A stretch of DNA of 64,000 bases from Eubacteriales bacterium (GCA_045592105.1 JAZNUB010000041.1:20517-84516), one strand, 5' to 3'. Numbered from the stretch's first letter, positions 1 through 10,006 are shown. Numbers and translations are program-made. Notes: generated from the letters alone by a model not told the origin.

Positions 1-545
1 ATTATCTCTGCCTTTTTCTTTTCGGTAACCTTGTCAATTTCCTTGATGTACTTGTCCGTAAGGTCCTGAACGTCCTTTTCGCTTGCCTTCTGCTCGTCCT
101 CTGTCATTTCGCTTGCCTTTTTCATATCCTTGCACTTATCGTTAGCATCACGGCGGATATTGCGAAGCGCAACCTTTGCATCCTCGCCCATATCCTTAAC
201 CTGCTTTGTAAGCTCTTTACGTCTGTCCTCTGTCAAAGCGGGGAACACCAAGCGGATGCTCTTACCGTCGCTTTGAGGGGTTATGCCAACGTCGGACGCC
301 TGTATTGCCTTCTCAAGCGCTTTAAGCACGGAAGGGTCCCACGGGGTTATAAGCAAGGTTTTTGCATCGGGTGCTTTAATGTCCGCAACCTGGTTAACGG
401 GCGTGGGCACACCGTAGTAGGGAACGCTAACCTTGTCCAAAACCTTTGCGCTTGCTCTGCCAACACGGATGCCTGCAAGGTCTTCTTCGTAAACGGAAAT
501 GGTTTTTTTCATTTTTTCTTCGTAGGGCTTAATGTGTAACTTCAT
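1..545 (-). CDS. frr: ribosome recycling factor (C-terminus cut by window edge)
   Basis: Reverse translation from the ATG at 545-543 reads MKLHIKPYEEKMKKTISVYEEDLAGIRVGRAS...LITPWDPSVLKALEKAI...IRLVFPALTEDRRKEL. It runs off the window start, so it is absent from the ORF track. Lies downstream of pyrH, the usual order. Confidence 0.9.
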   Translation of the reverse strand, partial: MKLHIKPYEEKMKKTISVYEEDLAGIRVGRASAKVLDKVSVPYYGVPTPVNQVADIKAPDAKTLLITPWDPSVLKALEKAIQASDVGITPQSDGKSIRLVFPALTEDRRKELTKQVKDMGEDAKVALRNIRRDANDKCKDMKKASEMTEDEQKASEKDVQDLTDKYIKEIDKVTEKKKAEI

Positions 546-584
546 AGCTATCTATCCTTTCGTAAGTAGAGTGTTATTTATCGT

Positions 585-1301
585 TTAGTCGGGTAAAACA
601 ACGGTGCCAAGCTCCTCGCCCATAGCGGCGCGGCAGATATTTTCAGGGTCGGAAAGTGCGAAAACAAGCATCTTCATACCGTTTTCACTGCCCATACACG
701 CGGCGGTACTGTCCACAGCCTTAAGGTTTTCCTCCAGCATTTTGCCGTAGGTAAGCGTTTGGTAACGCTTTGCAAGCGGGTTTTGTTTAGGGTCGCTGTC
801 ATAAACGCCGTCGATATTCTTTGCACACATAAGAATGTCCGCCTCTATCTCAAGCGCGCGCAGCATCGCGCCCGTGTCGGTAGAAAAATAGGGGTTTGCC
901 GTTCCGCAGGCAAGTATGGCAACGCCGCCGTTTTCCATACAGCGAACAGCCGCCTCCGGCGAATAAACCTCTGCCAGCCTTTGAACCTGAAGCGCGGAGA
1001 AAACGTGTGCATCCACACCGCATTTGATAAGCGCATCCTGCACCGCTATCGAGTTTATAAGCGTTGCAAGCATCCCCATACCGTCACTACGCGAACGCTG
1101 TACGCTTATGCCTATACGCCCGCGCCAGATGTTGCCGCCGCCTAAAACCAGCGCAACCTGAACGCCCATATCCGTGCAACGCTTTATCGCACCGCATACC
1201 TCCATCAAAAACTGACCGTTGATGATGCTGTCCTCAGCAGAAAGCGCCTCGCCCGAAAGCTTAAGCAGAACTCTTTTGTATTTCGGAACCATTTTTACCA
1301 A
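585..1301 (-). CDS. pyrH: UMP kinase
   Basis: 238-aa ORF with KRVLLKLSGEAL and LVLGGGNIWRG motifs of the amino-acid-kinase-fold UMP kinases. Adjacent to frr. Confidence 0.95.
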   Translation of the reverse strand: MVKMVPKYKRVLLKLSGEALSAEDSIINGQFLMEVCGAIKRCTDMGVQVALVLGGGNIWRGRIGISVQRSRSDGMGMLATLINSIAVQDALIKCGVDAHVFSALQVQRLAEVYSPEAAVRCMENGGVAILACGTANPYFSTDTGAMLRALEIEADILMCAKNIDGVYDSDPKQNPLAKRYQTLTYGKMLEENLKAVDSTAACMGSENGMKMLVFALSDPENICRAAMGEELGTVVLPD

Positions 1302-1332
1302 CTCCTAACTATAAGCGTTTATCTTAAATTAA

Positions 1333-2715
1333 TTATAAACATTCATCAAGCACAGCCTTAAGCTGTGGGTTAAGCCATTTATCCCAGCCAATAAGCTTTG
1401 CGGTAAGCGGGCCAATGTAGCACTCGTGTATATTAGTAGGCTCGTATCGCATAAGGTCGCTTGCAAAATAAGTGCCTGCAAGCTTATCCCCCAGCTCGCT
1501 AACGGTACCCTCGTACAAATCCTTTGCACCAAACGCGTGCAACAGCTCGTGCGCGTAAACGGCAGGGCAGGAGAAGTAATCCCCCTGCTCAGGTGTGCTG
1601 TAAAACATCACGCCAAACTCATAGAACCATTCACTTTCGTTAGTGAAATCCCTTTCACAGGGGACGAAATAGCTACGCCCGTGCTTGTTAAAATGGAACA
1701 GCACACAAACGTTATCGTAGCTTTTGCCCTCACACACGCTATCTGTAAACTGCTTTATGCCATCGTACTCGGTGCCGATAAACGCGCTTTTTCCGTAGTT
1801 ACCGCCAACGGTGTAATCAGCCGCATCCTCCCCCACGCGAAAATCAACCTCCACGGTGGTGAAGCTTAGCTCGGACACCTCGTAGCCATCAGCGGCATCC
1901 TTCAAAAACTCAAGCCCCTCGTTAAGCATAGCCCTTGCATCCGCTTTTGCCGCATCAGTCCAATAGCTGTTACTGTCGTTAGCAAACACGTTTATTATCA
2001 TACATTCGCCGCTTAGGGTTTTACAGCTTCCGTTTCGTTCGGTAACGGTGTTTTGCACCCAGGGCAAGCTTTTTTTCCACTCTTGCTCTATATAATAAAG
2101 GCTGTTTGTAAGCCGTAGCCCCTCGCTTGTTTCAACGGCGTGCACAGTATATCTGCGCTCACCGTCGTCATAGTTAAAAGCATATCCGCTTTCGGTTTCC
2201 TCCAAAAAGCTGATATTAGCGTTATCCACGTTGGGGCAGAAGCCTGCGCTGTATATAAAGCTTGCCTCCGTACACCCACCTTCACCCTCACGCAAGGCTA
2301 AAGGGCCGTATTGCGGGCAGCTTTGCAAATAACGCTCCTTAACCGTGCTTGTGTCCGCATAAACCTTGTCAAGCAGGGAAACCACGCTGTCGTAACGGAA
2401 AAACTCGCTGTCCTCCCGCAGAACGCCGTACTCACCCAAATCAGGTTCGTCCCCTGCCAGCTCGCTTTTCAAAGCTCCGTTTGCAAATATATCTATAATC
2501 TGCCTGTCAAGCTTTATCAGCTTGTACACTTTAGCGCAAAGCTCTGCATTTTCCTCGCTTGATTCTTCAAAGGAGTAAACAACGCTGTTCTCACTTGAAG
2601 GCAGCACGCTTTCCTCGGCATAGCTATGCTCCGAATAGCTTGGGGTTACGGTAACGGTGCAAGCGCTTAAGCACAAGATAACGGCAAGCACACATATTAA
2701 TAACGCACGTTTCAT
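1333..2715 (-). CDS. lipoprotein with C-terminal HExxH (putative zinc metalloprotease)
   Basis: N-terminal MKRALLICVLAVILCLSAC signal with lipobox. AHELLHAFGAKDLY motif near the C-terminus. Confidence 0.6.
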   Translation of the reverse strand: MKRALLICVLAVILCLSACTVTVTPSYSEHSYAEESVLPSSENSVVYSFEESSEENAELCAKVYKLIKLDRQIIDIFANGALKSELAGDEPDLGEYGVLREDSEFFRYDSVVSLLDKVYADTSTVKERYLQSCPQYGPLALREGEGGCTEASFIYSAGFCPNVDNANISFLEETESGYAFNYDDGERRYTVHAVETSEGLRLTNSLYYIEQEWKKSLPWVQNTVTERNGSCKTLSGECMIINVFANDSNSYWTDAAKADARAMLNEGLEFLKDAADGYEVSELSFTTVEVDFRVGEDAADYTVGGNYGKSAFIGTEYDGIKQFTDSVCEGKSYDNVCVLFHFNKHGRSYFVPCERDFTNESEWFYEFGVMFYSTPEQGDYFSCPAVYAHELLHAFGAKDLYEGTVSELGDKLAGTYFASDLMRYEPTNIHECYIGPLTAKLIGWDKWLNPQLKAVLDECL

Positions 2716-3920
2716 TCGCTTTTCTTGTAGAAATAAGTAGCCATAAGCGTAGCGATAGCGGCTATTACGAGAACTGCCGAAGCTATGCTTAATTTAACAA
2801 TCAAGCCGTCTATAAAATCGCCGCGCTCGCTTTCGGTGGTAACACGCGAAAGCTCAACGGAAACGGATTGGTTAGTGGTTATATTGCTTAGCTTGCAGAT
2901 GTACTGCCTTTTGTTGCTTTTAGTGCTTTCAAAAACGGATACGTCCTTCTCAACGCCGTTTATCGTTACCTTTGTTATCGCATAGCCTTGGTTAAGCGTG
3001 AGCGTTACCTTGGCACCGGAGCCGTAGGTTACACTTGCGGGCGATGCGCTTATCTTACCGCCTTCGTTGTTACAGCTTGTGCTTATTTTAAACCTTCTGC
3101 TCGTATAAGTGTCCTTAATAGCCCAATCGGCAATGGTGGGCTCGGTATAGCTTAGCGCGTAATCCAAGCAATCGTCAAACGTGCCGTCCACAAAGGTGAT
3201 AGGTGCGGTGACACCGGAAATAACCTTTATATTTGCGGCAAGCTTTTTAATGCTTGTGTTGCTTCCCTCGGCAAACATAAAGAAATCCACGCCGGCATCG
3301 TAAATCTGCGCCGCGTTTGCGGGAACACGGATACCGCCTACGGTTAGCAAACGGTTTACCTTAGAGGTTTTGCGTGCCGCATAGTCAAAAGCGGCATCTG
3401 CCCCCGTGCCGATACCTGCCACAAGATGCTTTTCAAGGATTATTTCCGTTGCCTCTATTTCGCCCGCAAGCTCCATAACTGCGTTCATAACCTGCGTTGG
3501 CACCGTTTCGCTTTCGGAACTTTCTTCCGTAAAGCTTTCCTCCACGGGGCATTGGGGTGCTACTATTATATATTGAAAATCTTTGTAAAGCGCATCAGCC
3601 CCATCGGAAACAAGCTGGTTTAGCAGCCCTTTTTCGTTAAGCTGTGCCGTGTTATCGTTGCCCTTGCCGCCTTCACCGTGAAAATAAAGGATAAGCATAG
3701 CGGGCTTGTCCGTATTAGCGGAAGAATAGGAGGGGGAATAATATATACGATAGTTAAGCTCGTACTTTGTAGTAGATATATAGGTTTTGGCCACCATCTT
3801 TTCAGCAAGCTGCTGTGCCGTGGCAGAATCTAAAGCCCCTGCCGCAAAAACGGTTACGGAAAGCGCCGATATAAATATTATAACGGCAAAAAGCGCCGCA
3901 CTTATTCTTTTGATATTCAT
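2712..3920 (-). CDS. secreted alpha/beta-hydrolase (esterase-like) with Ig-like repeat and C-terminal TM anchor
   Basis: Signal peptide. LILYFHGEGGKGNDN motif typical of esterase/PHB-depolymerase-type hydrolases. C-terminal hydrophobic helix LSIASAVLVIAAIATLMATYF. ATGA overlap with the downstream gene. Confidence 0.6.
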   Translation of the reverse strand: MNIKRISAALFAVIIFISALSVTVFAAGALDSATAQQLAEKMVAKTYISTTKYELNYRIYYSPSYSSANTDKPAMLILYFHGEGGKGNDNTAQLNEKGLLNQLVSDGADALYKDFQYIIVAPQCPVEESFTEESSESETVPTQVMNAVMELAGEIEATEIILEKHLVAGIGTGADAAFDYAARKTSKVNRLLTVGGIRVPANAAQIYDAGVDFFMFAEGSNTSIKKLAANIKVISGVTAPITFVDGTFDDCLDYALSYTEPTIADWAIKDTYTSRRFKISTSCNNEGGKISASPASVTYGSGAKVTLTLNQGYAITKVTINGVEKDVSVFESTKSNKRQYICKLSNITTNQSVSVELSRVTTESERGDFIDGLIVKLSIASAVLVIAAIATLMATYFYKKSE

Positions 3921-4108
3921 AAAAATCTATCCTTTCAAGCGATGCCGATACAAGTATACGGCAAGGCATTATAATCCCATATTTACAATTATATATATTT
4001 TAGCTAATTTGTCAAGTGCTTACTGCACCCGCTTTAGGCGATGTTGCTTGACAAAGCAAGGCGCGTTTGGTATACTTAATACACATAAAGCCAAAGGAGT
4101 TTTTTTAG

Positions 4109-4594
4109 ATGGAGCGTATAGCAAAATTTGAAGCCGTAAGTGAAGCGCAGTATATAAAGGATGCGGGCGAGGACAAGGCAGAAAGCTTTAACGCCTTGCG
4201 TTTGCCGCGCCGCGCCACGGCACATTCCGCGGGCTACGATTTCTTTGCCCCGTACGATGTTTTTCTGCCTGCAAACGGTAGCGCGGTAATAAAAACGGGC
4301 GTGCGTGCTATGATAGCGGAGGGGTGGGTGCTTATGCTGTACCCCAGAAGCGGCTTGGGCTTTAAGCTGGGGCTTCGGCTTGCCAACACCGTTGGCGTTA
4401 TTGATGGGGACTATTATTTTGCCGATAACGAGGGGCATATTATGATAAAGCTTGTAAACCCAAGCGAAAACAGCATAACCCTGCAAGCGGGCACGGCGTT
4501 TGCACAGGGCGTGTTTGTTCCTTACGGTATTACCGAGGACGATAATCAGGAAGCAAAGCGCCACGGCGGCTTCGGCAGCACGGGCTCTATGTAA
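4109..4594 (+). CDS. dut: dUTP diphosphatase
   Basis: GYDFFAP, RSGLGFKLG, GVIDGDYY and C-terminal HGGFGSTG motifs of trimeric dUTPases. Confidence 0.9.
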   Translation: MERIAKFEAVSEAQYIKDAGEDKAESFNALRLPRRATAHSAGYDFFAPYDVFLPANGSAVIKTGVRAMIAEGWVLMLYPRSGLGFKLGLRLANTVGVIDGDYYFADNEGHIMIKLVNPSENSITLQAGTAFAQGVFVPYGITEDDNQEAKRHGGFGSTGSM

Positions 4595-4614
4595 TATAAA
4601 TCAGGAGGTATGTT

Positions 4615-4920
4615 ATGGCGTTGACTATAAACAAAAACAATTTTGAAAGCGAAGTATTGAAAAGCGAAAAGCCTGTTCTTTTGGATTTTTGGGCAAGCTG
4701 GTGCGGCCCCTGCCGTATGATAGCCCCAACGCTGGAGGAAATAGCAGAGCAGCATCCCGAATACAAGGTTGGTAAGATAAACGTGGATGAGGAGGCGGAG
4801 CTTACCGAGCAGTTTAAAATAGTAAGCATCCCCGCGCTTTTCGTTGTGAAAAACGGCAAGGTGGTAAACCAAGCCGTGGGCGTTATGCCTAAAGAAAAGA
4901 TACTTGATATGCTGAAATGA
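4615..4920 (+). CDS. trxA: thioredoxin
   Basis: 101 aa with [10 protein letters not shown] active site. AGGAGG RBS upstream. Confidence 0.95.
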   Translation: MALTINKNNFESEVLKSEKPVLLDFWASWCGPCRMIAPTLEEIAEQHPEYKVGKINVDEEAELTEQFKIVSIPALFVVKNGKVVNQAVGVMPKEKILDMLK

Positions 4921-5708
4921 AAATAACCGTTCTTTGTGAAAACACATCGGATAACGCCGCGCTTTCGGCAGAGCACGGCTTAAGCCTTTATATTGAAACG
5001 GATATGCATATACTGCTTTTTGATATGGGGCAAACCGCGCTGTTTGCCGATAACGCGCGCGCTTTGGGTAAGGACCTTGGGCGTGTGGACACAGCCGTTT
5101 TGTCACACGGGCATTACGACCACGCGGGCGGCATAAAGGCTTTCTTGGCGGCGAACAGCCACGCGCCGCTGTATCTTAATGAAAACGTTTTCGGCAACTA
5201 TTATAACGGAGCCGAAAAGTATATAGGTATGGATAAAAGCCTTGTCGATAACAGCCGTTTGCATCTAACGGGCGATGAGCTGAGGATAGACAAGCAGCTT
5301 TCTTTATATTCGTGCAACGAAAGGGCGCGGAAACACAAAACCAACCCCTATGGGCTGTGTGAACGTAAAAACGGCGGCTTTGTACCCGATAGCTTTCTGC
5401 ACGAGCAGTATTTGCTGATAGAGGAGAACGGTAAGCGCGTTCTTTTAAGCGGTTGCTCGCACAAGGGCGTGCTTAATATACTTGATTGGTTTAAGCCGGA
5501 TGTTTTTGTGGGCGGCTTTCACTTCACAAAGCTTGATGCGAACGGAGAGGGTGCCGAGGTGCTTAACCAAGCGGCAAAGGAGATGCTTTCCTATCCAACC
5601 GTGTACTACACCTGCCATTGCACGGGCGTGGAGCAATACGAACACCTAAAAAACCGTATGGGCGAAAGAGTTTCGTCTCTTTCCACGGGAACAACGATTG
5701 ATATATAA
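4917..5708 (+). CDS. MBL-fold metallo-hydrolase
   Basis: [10 protein letters not shown] (HxHxDH-type) motif. ATGA overlap with trxA. Confidence 0.8.
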   Translation: MKITVLCENTSDNAALSAEHGLSLYIETDMHILLFDMGQTALFADNARALGKDLGRVDTAVLSHGHYDHAGGIKAFLAANSHAPLYLNENVFGNYYNGAEKYIGMDKSLVDNSRLHLTGDELRIDKQLSLYSCNERARKHKTNPYGLCERKNGGFVPDSFLHEQYLLIEENGKRVLLSGCSHKGVLNILDWFKPDVFVGGFHFTKLDANGEGAEVLNQAAKEMLSYPTVYYTCHCTGVEQYEHLKNRMGERVSSLSTGTTIDI

Positions 5709-5768
5709 CAGATAAAAGCGGCGCATATTTTGCTCCGTAAAATACAGCGAAATGAGAGGTTTTTTATT

Positions 5769-6707
5769 ATGCTAAAAAGATTTTTTGCTATAATAGCTGC
5801 GGCAACAATCTCTATGTCATGCTTGTGCGGCACTGTGTCTGCGTATGATACGTTGGGGAATGATTATTCTCCGGATGCGATTATAATTACCTTGGCCTCT
5901 GATCGCGGCTCGATAGAGCTTGCGGAGGTAAAAGAGCTTAACGGTTTTGCCGCTGCACAGCCTTCCGAAAGGCCTGAGTTTGTCAACTTCTGTGGTATAG
6001 ATGTAAGCGGTGTCACCACTTTTACCGCTACGCCCGATATGTTTATCTTAAAGCTTTTAAATCAGGAAAAGCAGTATTATTTACCCCAGTTGGACTTTTT
6101 AAAGATAGCTTCGGGGGATACCCTTTCAAGTATTGATGCAAATATATTTGTTAGCATAGAAGATTCTTACTCGGCGCTTAACAAGATAATTATACCTAAT
6201 GAGGTGCTGTACTTTGTTGAAGTTGGCTCTGAGGCGGACGAGGTTTTGAAGGGCTTTTCCGAAAATGGGTGCGCCCTAAAAAGCTTTTACGGCGTTACTC
6301 TTGTCAGCGTTTCAACTATTGCAAGATACGAGGGCGAAGAAAAGCTTGCTTTGTATGCTATAAAGGTTTTGAAAAACAGCGATGTTTTGCCGCTTATAGA
6401 ACTGCTTAACGGCGAAAAGCTTGCAGAAAACAGAAATGCCGCACTTCACAGCTATCTTGGATATTCCGCTGTAGAAAGCCACTATCTTGATAGTACGGAG
6501 AAGCCAAGCGACAATGCAGTACGCAATATTGCAGTTGGGGACGTAAACGGCGATGGGGCGTTGGATAATATAGATGCCGCTTTGATACTTAAGTACGATG
6601 CCGGTATAGAGGATTTGGCAGATGCTGAATATGCCGATATAAACGGCGACGGTGAAGCAAATAACCTTGATGCCGCGATTATTCTTAGATACGATGCGGG
6701 TATGTAA
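5769..6707 (+). CDS. secreted dockerin-domain protein
   Basis: Start moved to MLKRFFAIIAAATISMSCLCGTVSA (signal peptide, GAGAGG RBS). C-terminus has two dockerin type I Ca-binding repeats: DVNGDGALDNIDAALILKY and DINGDGEANNLDAAIILRY. Confidence 0.85.
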   Translation: MLKRFFAIIAAATISMSCLCGTVSAYDTLGNDYSPDAIIITLASDRGSIELAEVKELNGFAAAQPSERPEFVNFCGIDVSGVTTFTATPDMFILKLLNQEKQYYLPQLDFLKIASGDTLSSIDANIFVSIEDSYSALNKIIIPNEVLYFVEVGSEADEVLKGFSENGCALKSFYGVTLVSVSTIARYEGEEKLALYAIKVLKNSDVLPLIELLNGEKLAENRNAALHSYLGYSAVESHYLDSTEKPSDNAVRNIAVGDVNGDGALDNIDAALILKYDAGIEDLADAEYADINGDGEANNLDAAIILRYDAGM

Positions 6708-6852
6708 CTTATAATTAACATGAAAAACGCTTGCCAAAAATCGGCAGGCGTTTTTTTAAAAAATATTGTGGTAATATCTTTCAATTTAAAGAGCTTTGTG
6801 GTATAATGATTTGATAAACCGCAGATAGTAGTAACGATAAGGAGGCGGCTGT

Positions 6853-7176
6853 ATGGCAAATTTCGAGCTTGTGTCCAAATTCAAGCCCACGGGTGACCAG
6901 CCCGAGGCGATAGAAAAGCTTACAAACGGTATATTGTCGGGGCTGAACGAGCAGGTTTTACTGGGGGTTACGGGTTCGGGTAAGACCTTTACTATGGCTA
7001 ACATTATAGCCAAGGTAAACAAGCCCACCTTGGTGCTTGTTCATAACAAAACGCTTGCCGCACAGTTATGCTCTGAGTTTCGAGAGTTCTTCCCCAACAA
7101 CGCGGTAGAATACTTCGTATCCTATCGGAAAATTCCCCTAAATTTTAGTGCAATATGTTCATATAATTTCATTTAG
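6853..7176 (+). pseudogene. uvrB: uvrB 5' remnant (native N-terminal ~91 codons, then unrelated sequence and a stop)
   Basis: [23 protein letters not shown]...[54 protein letters not shown] parallels the N-terminus of the full-length UvrB at 35318. Homology stops at 7125. Confidence 0.9.
7067..7094 (+). repeat. 28-nt perfect block shared by the two uvrB 5' copies (putative att core, left copy)
   Basis: tatgctctgagtttcgagagttcttccc is identical to 35532-35559. Flanking uvrB-like sequence is diverged. Confidence 0.85.
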
Positions 7177-7330
7177 TTCGCTAAAAGATGCGCAAAGTGC
7201 ACATAAAATATACGATTTTGCAATGCGGAAAAATCGTCAAAATGACCTGATTCGTCATCGAAAATAGAAGGTCATAGGGACGAACTCAAATTGAATATCG
7301 ATGGAATCAGGACGAATTAAAATATATAAT

Positions 7331-7380
7331 AGTCAGCAATATTATTGTGCCTATCGGCACGAGTATTGCTGACTTTTTTT
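7331..7380 (+). terminator. rho-independent terminator
   Basis: Stem agtcagcaata (7331-7341) pairs with tattgctgact (7364-7374), followed by a T run. Confidence 0.75.
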
Positions 7381-7539
7381 ATATGAAATCCTGTGTAAAA
7401 AATTTTTTGAAAAAATTCAATTTTTTTATAGACGTTTTTGCTTTTTTCGACATTTATATAGTGGAGACATTAGATAAATCTCAAAAATATTATTTTATAG
7501 GTCATGTTAAGCCAAAAACTCAAGATAAGGGAGCGTAAA

Positions 7540-8070
7540 ATGGGGAATATACTGCAACGTATCATTTATTATGCATCGTGTGCTACTCCCATAGCAATTA
7601 CATTTTCAATAGTATGGTGCATTCAAGAGCATACATGTTTAGTTCCTTCAATTATAATCTTGGTAGGCATATTTATATTAATCCTTTTCAAAAAGTTATT
7701 TTTGTATGCACTTAAATCATCACAAATAACTACGGTAAACGTGATAGAAGTTATCCCAAAAGATGGATGGGTACTTGCGTATATAATTTCTTACTTGTTC
7801 CCATTTGTGAGCTTTGTAATAGACGATGTTGATTATTTATTGTTCGGTATACTTTCGGTATTATTTGTAATCATTGCCGGATGTACGCATTCCGCAACGC
7901 CAAATCCTATCCTATGGGCATTCGGATATCACTTTTATGAATTGAAAAGTAAACACGGTATGTCCGGTTACATTTACGCATGTAAAGGCAAATTATGTAC
8001 TCCAAAGGATATAAAGACCGCTAGGCGTTATTTTGACTTGTTATTAGTAGAAGATAAATCTGAAAGGTAA
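7540..8070 (+). CDS. small 4-TM membrane protein, KwaA-like
   Basis: Start moved to MGNILQRII (AAGGGAG RBS). Four hydrophobic helices in ~176 aa. A 4-nt gap separates it from the next gene. Size and topology match Kiwa KwaA. Confidence 0.5.
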   Translation: MGNILQRIIYYASCATPIAITFSIVWCIQEHTCLVPSIIILVGIFILILFKKLFLYALKSSQITTVNVIEVIPKDGWVLAYIISYLFPFVSFVIDDVDYLLFGILSVLFVIIAGCTHSATPNPILWAFGYHFYELKSKHGMSGYIYACKGKLCTPKDIKTARRYFDLLLVEDKSER

Positions 8071-8074
8071 AATT

Positions 8075-8962
8075 ATGTTTGAAAACAGCTCTGTATTTAT
8101 ATTCACAGAATCCAATTGCCAGCATAGTGTATTGAAATTAGAAATGGATGCTAATACACAAAAAGCGATTTGCGAGACCTTTAATCAAGCACAAATAAGC
8201 TTGACGGAAAATAAGAACAAAATCGTTTTTGACGGTAACTATAAACCTCACGATGATGAATTCCTTTCGATTTCCAATTTTACATTGGCGGATGAAATTA
8301 AGGACGCAATCCGAAACCCTTTAGGAGTTCATAGTTATTGTAAAAGTGAAGATAAATATCCCGAAATTAAAGCTATCTTTGTAGGTGAAAAAGAAGATAG
8401 CAACGATAAAGAAGTTTTTCGCATTGCTTTTCAGCGTTTCAAAAAGGAACAGTATATATCTACAAAACCGTTCAATTTGTTTTTTGATAACAAAACATTT
8501 ATTCAAGAAACAAGATTTGGTATAAGTATCGCTGATACTATTGACTGTTATTATGAAGACGGAGAGCTTCAATTCCTATCATTTTATTTCGCTCGTCAAA
8601 TATTTGATTTAAGCGATTATTATCGCACAGCAACCGATAATGAAGTAACCACATTTGCTGCCAGCGATAAACTGGCTTTAGAAGATAAAGATCTATTTAT
8701 CGCAAATGCGAATTCTTGGATAAGGAGAAAAATCGCATTGATAAACGACTCCGGAGTTTTAAACAATAACACCGCACATCAAATAAAGTCGTTAGCCAAA
8801 AAAATAGGGGTTTCAGTTGATGTTGCTGACAACAAGGTGGTAATCCCCAGAGACAAAGAACAGGTCAAAATTATTTTAGGCTTCTTAGACGAAGAAGCAT
8901 ATAAAGGCCCTTTTACCAAAAAGACCTTTTTAGCAAATTCCAAAAGAACGATCGGGAAATAG
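8075..8962 (+). CDS. KwaB-like (DUF4868-like) protein
   Basis: 295 aa, soluble, tightly coupled to the 4-TM gene. The central ...IDCYYEDGELQFLSFYFARQIFDLSDYY... and C-terminal ...KIILGFLDEEAYKGPFTKKTF... regions resemble DUF4868 as I remember it. Not verified by HMM. Confidence 0.5.
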   Translation: MFENSSVFIFTESNCQHSVLKLEMDANTQKAICETFNQAQISLTENKNKIVFDGNYKPHDDEFLSISNFTLADEIKDAIRNPLGVHSYCKSEDKYPEIKAIFVGEKEDSNDKEVFRIAFQRFKKEQYISTKPFNLFFDNKTFIQETRFGISIADTIDCYYEDGELQFLSFYFARQIFDLSDYYRTATDNEVTTFAASDKLALEDKDLFIANANSWIRRKIALINDSGVLNNNTAHQIKSLAKKIGVSVDVADNKVVIPRDKEQVKIILGFLDEEAYKGPFTKKTFLANSKRTIGK

Positions 8963-8967
8963 GGAGG

Positions 8968-9876
8968 CTACAACTGATTTCTATAGTTGTATTTATTTAG
9001 CACTTGACGTTTGCGCTTGATACTGACTTCGGTATAAATTTCCGTTGTTGCTACGCTGCTATGCCCTAGAAGCTCCTGAACAGAACGAAGGTCTGCGCCG
9101 TTTGATAACAGATTGGTTGCTAATGTGTGACGAAGGCAATGTGGCGTTGCCTTTTCAGTTATTTTCGCGCTTTGTTTTGCGCTTTTGAATATGTATTCTA
9201 TGCCGTGTATACTTATTTGATTGCCATAGCGATTTACAAATACCTTATCGGTATAAAGTTCGGTTTTGTTACGGTATTTAAGCCATTGAGTAAGATTGTG
9301 CCAGGTTTCCGGGCAAGAAATATATATCAGCCTTTGCTTTCTACCCTTGCCGTGTATAAGTATTGTGTGTTCAGATGAAATAATGTCTGACAACGAAATG
9401 TTGGATGCTTCTTCTATACGAATTCCCGTGCATATAAGAATGTCAAGTAAGGCAAGGTTGCGTGCGTTTTTCCATTTTGCAGCTTCGGTATTTGATTGTT
9501 CGAAGCGCTTGTAGACAGCCTCCAAAAGAGAGCACACTTCCTTTTTGGTAAGTGTTTTGGGAAGGCGTTTAGCTTTTTTGAATTTGAATACATTAGCGTA
9601 ATAGTTTTTGTCTGTGTATCCTTTTTGATTAAGATACGCAAAAAACATTTTCAGTACAATGAGTTTTCGGTTGATTGTGCTGTCAGATAACTGTCGTGTA
9701 TCCATAAGATATGAAACATATTTAACAACCGTTTCTTCGTTGATGTCATCATCAAGAATATAGTTATTAAAATCTTTCAAATCTGAAAAGTAGGCAGTTA
9801 TTGTTTTAACCGATAGGTTCTTAGTGGAGCGTATGTGCTCCAAAAATTCGTTAGTAATGCTCTGATATTTGTTCAT
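8968..9876 (-). CDS. tyrosine recombinase, XerC/XerD-like
   Basis: 302 aa. Catalytic-signature motifs TGIRIEE (R), HCLRHTLATNLL (HxxR), LLGHSSVATTEIYTEV (H...Y). Confidence 0.9.
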   Translation of the reverse strand: MNKYQSITNEFLEHIRSTKNLSVKTITAYFSDLKDFNNYILDDDINEETVVKYVSYLMDTRQLSDSTINRKLIVLKMFFAYLNQKGYTDKNYYANVFKFKKAKRLPKTLTKKEVCSLLEAVYKRFEQSNTEAAKWKNARNLALLDILICTGIRIEEASNISLSDIISSEHTILIHGKGRKQRLIYISCPETWHNLTQWLKYRNKTELYTDKVFVNRYGNQISIHGIEYIFKSAKQSAKITEKATPHCLRHTLATNLLSNGADLRSVQELLGHSSVATTEIYTEVSIKRKRQVLNKYNYRNQL

Positions 9877-9951
9877 TTGTAAGCCCCTTTCTTGTCAAGC
9901 GGTAATCTTATATATTATAACAAAATTCGAGCAATTACAAATAAAATATAA

Positions 9952-10006
9952 TTACAATAACTACTTATTATTGTGAGATTACGAACACAGGATATTATTT
10001 TATTAT
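9952..10006 (+). repeat. R1: 55-bp element, perfect inverted partner of R2
   Basis: ttacaataactacttattattgtgagattacgaacacaggatattattttattat. Contains the palindrome ACAATAA-N7-TTATTGT. Ends 31 bp before the ATG at 10038. Confidence 0.95.

Noticed and set aside
7347-7538. 63-aa ORF upstream of the KwaA-like gene.
   Set aside because: It starts inside the terminator hairpin, has no RBS, and lies in an AT-rich region where such ORFs arise by chance. More likely promoter or leader DNA.
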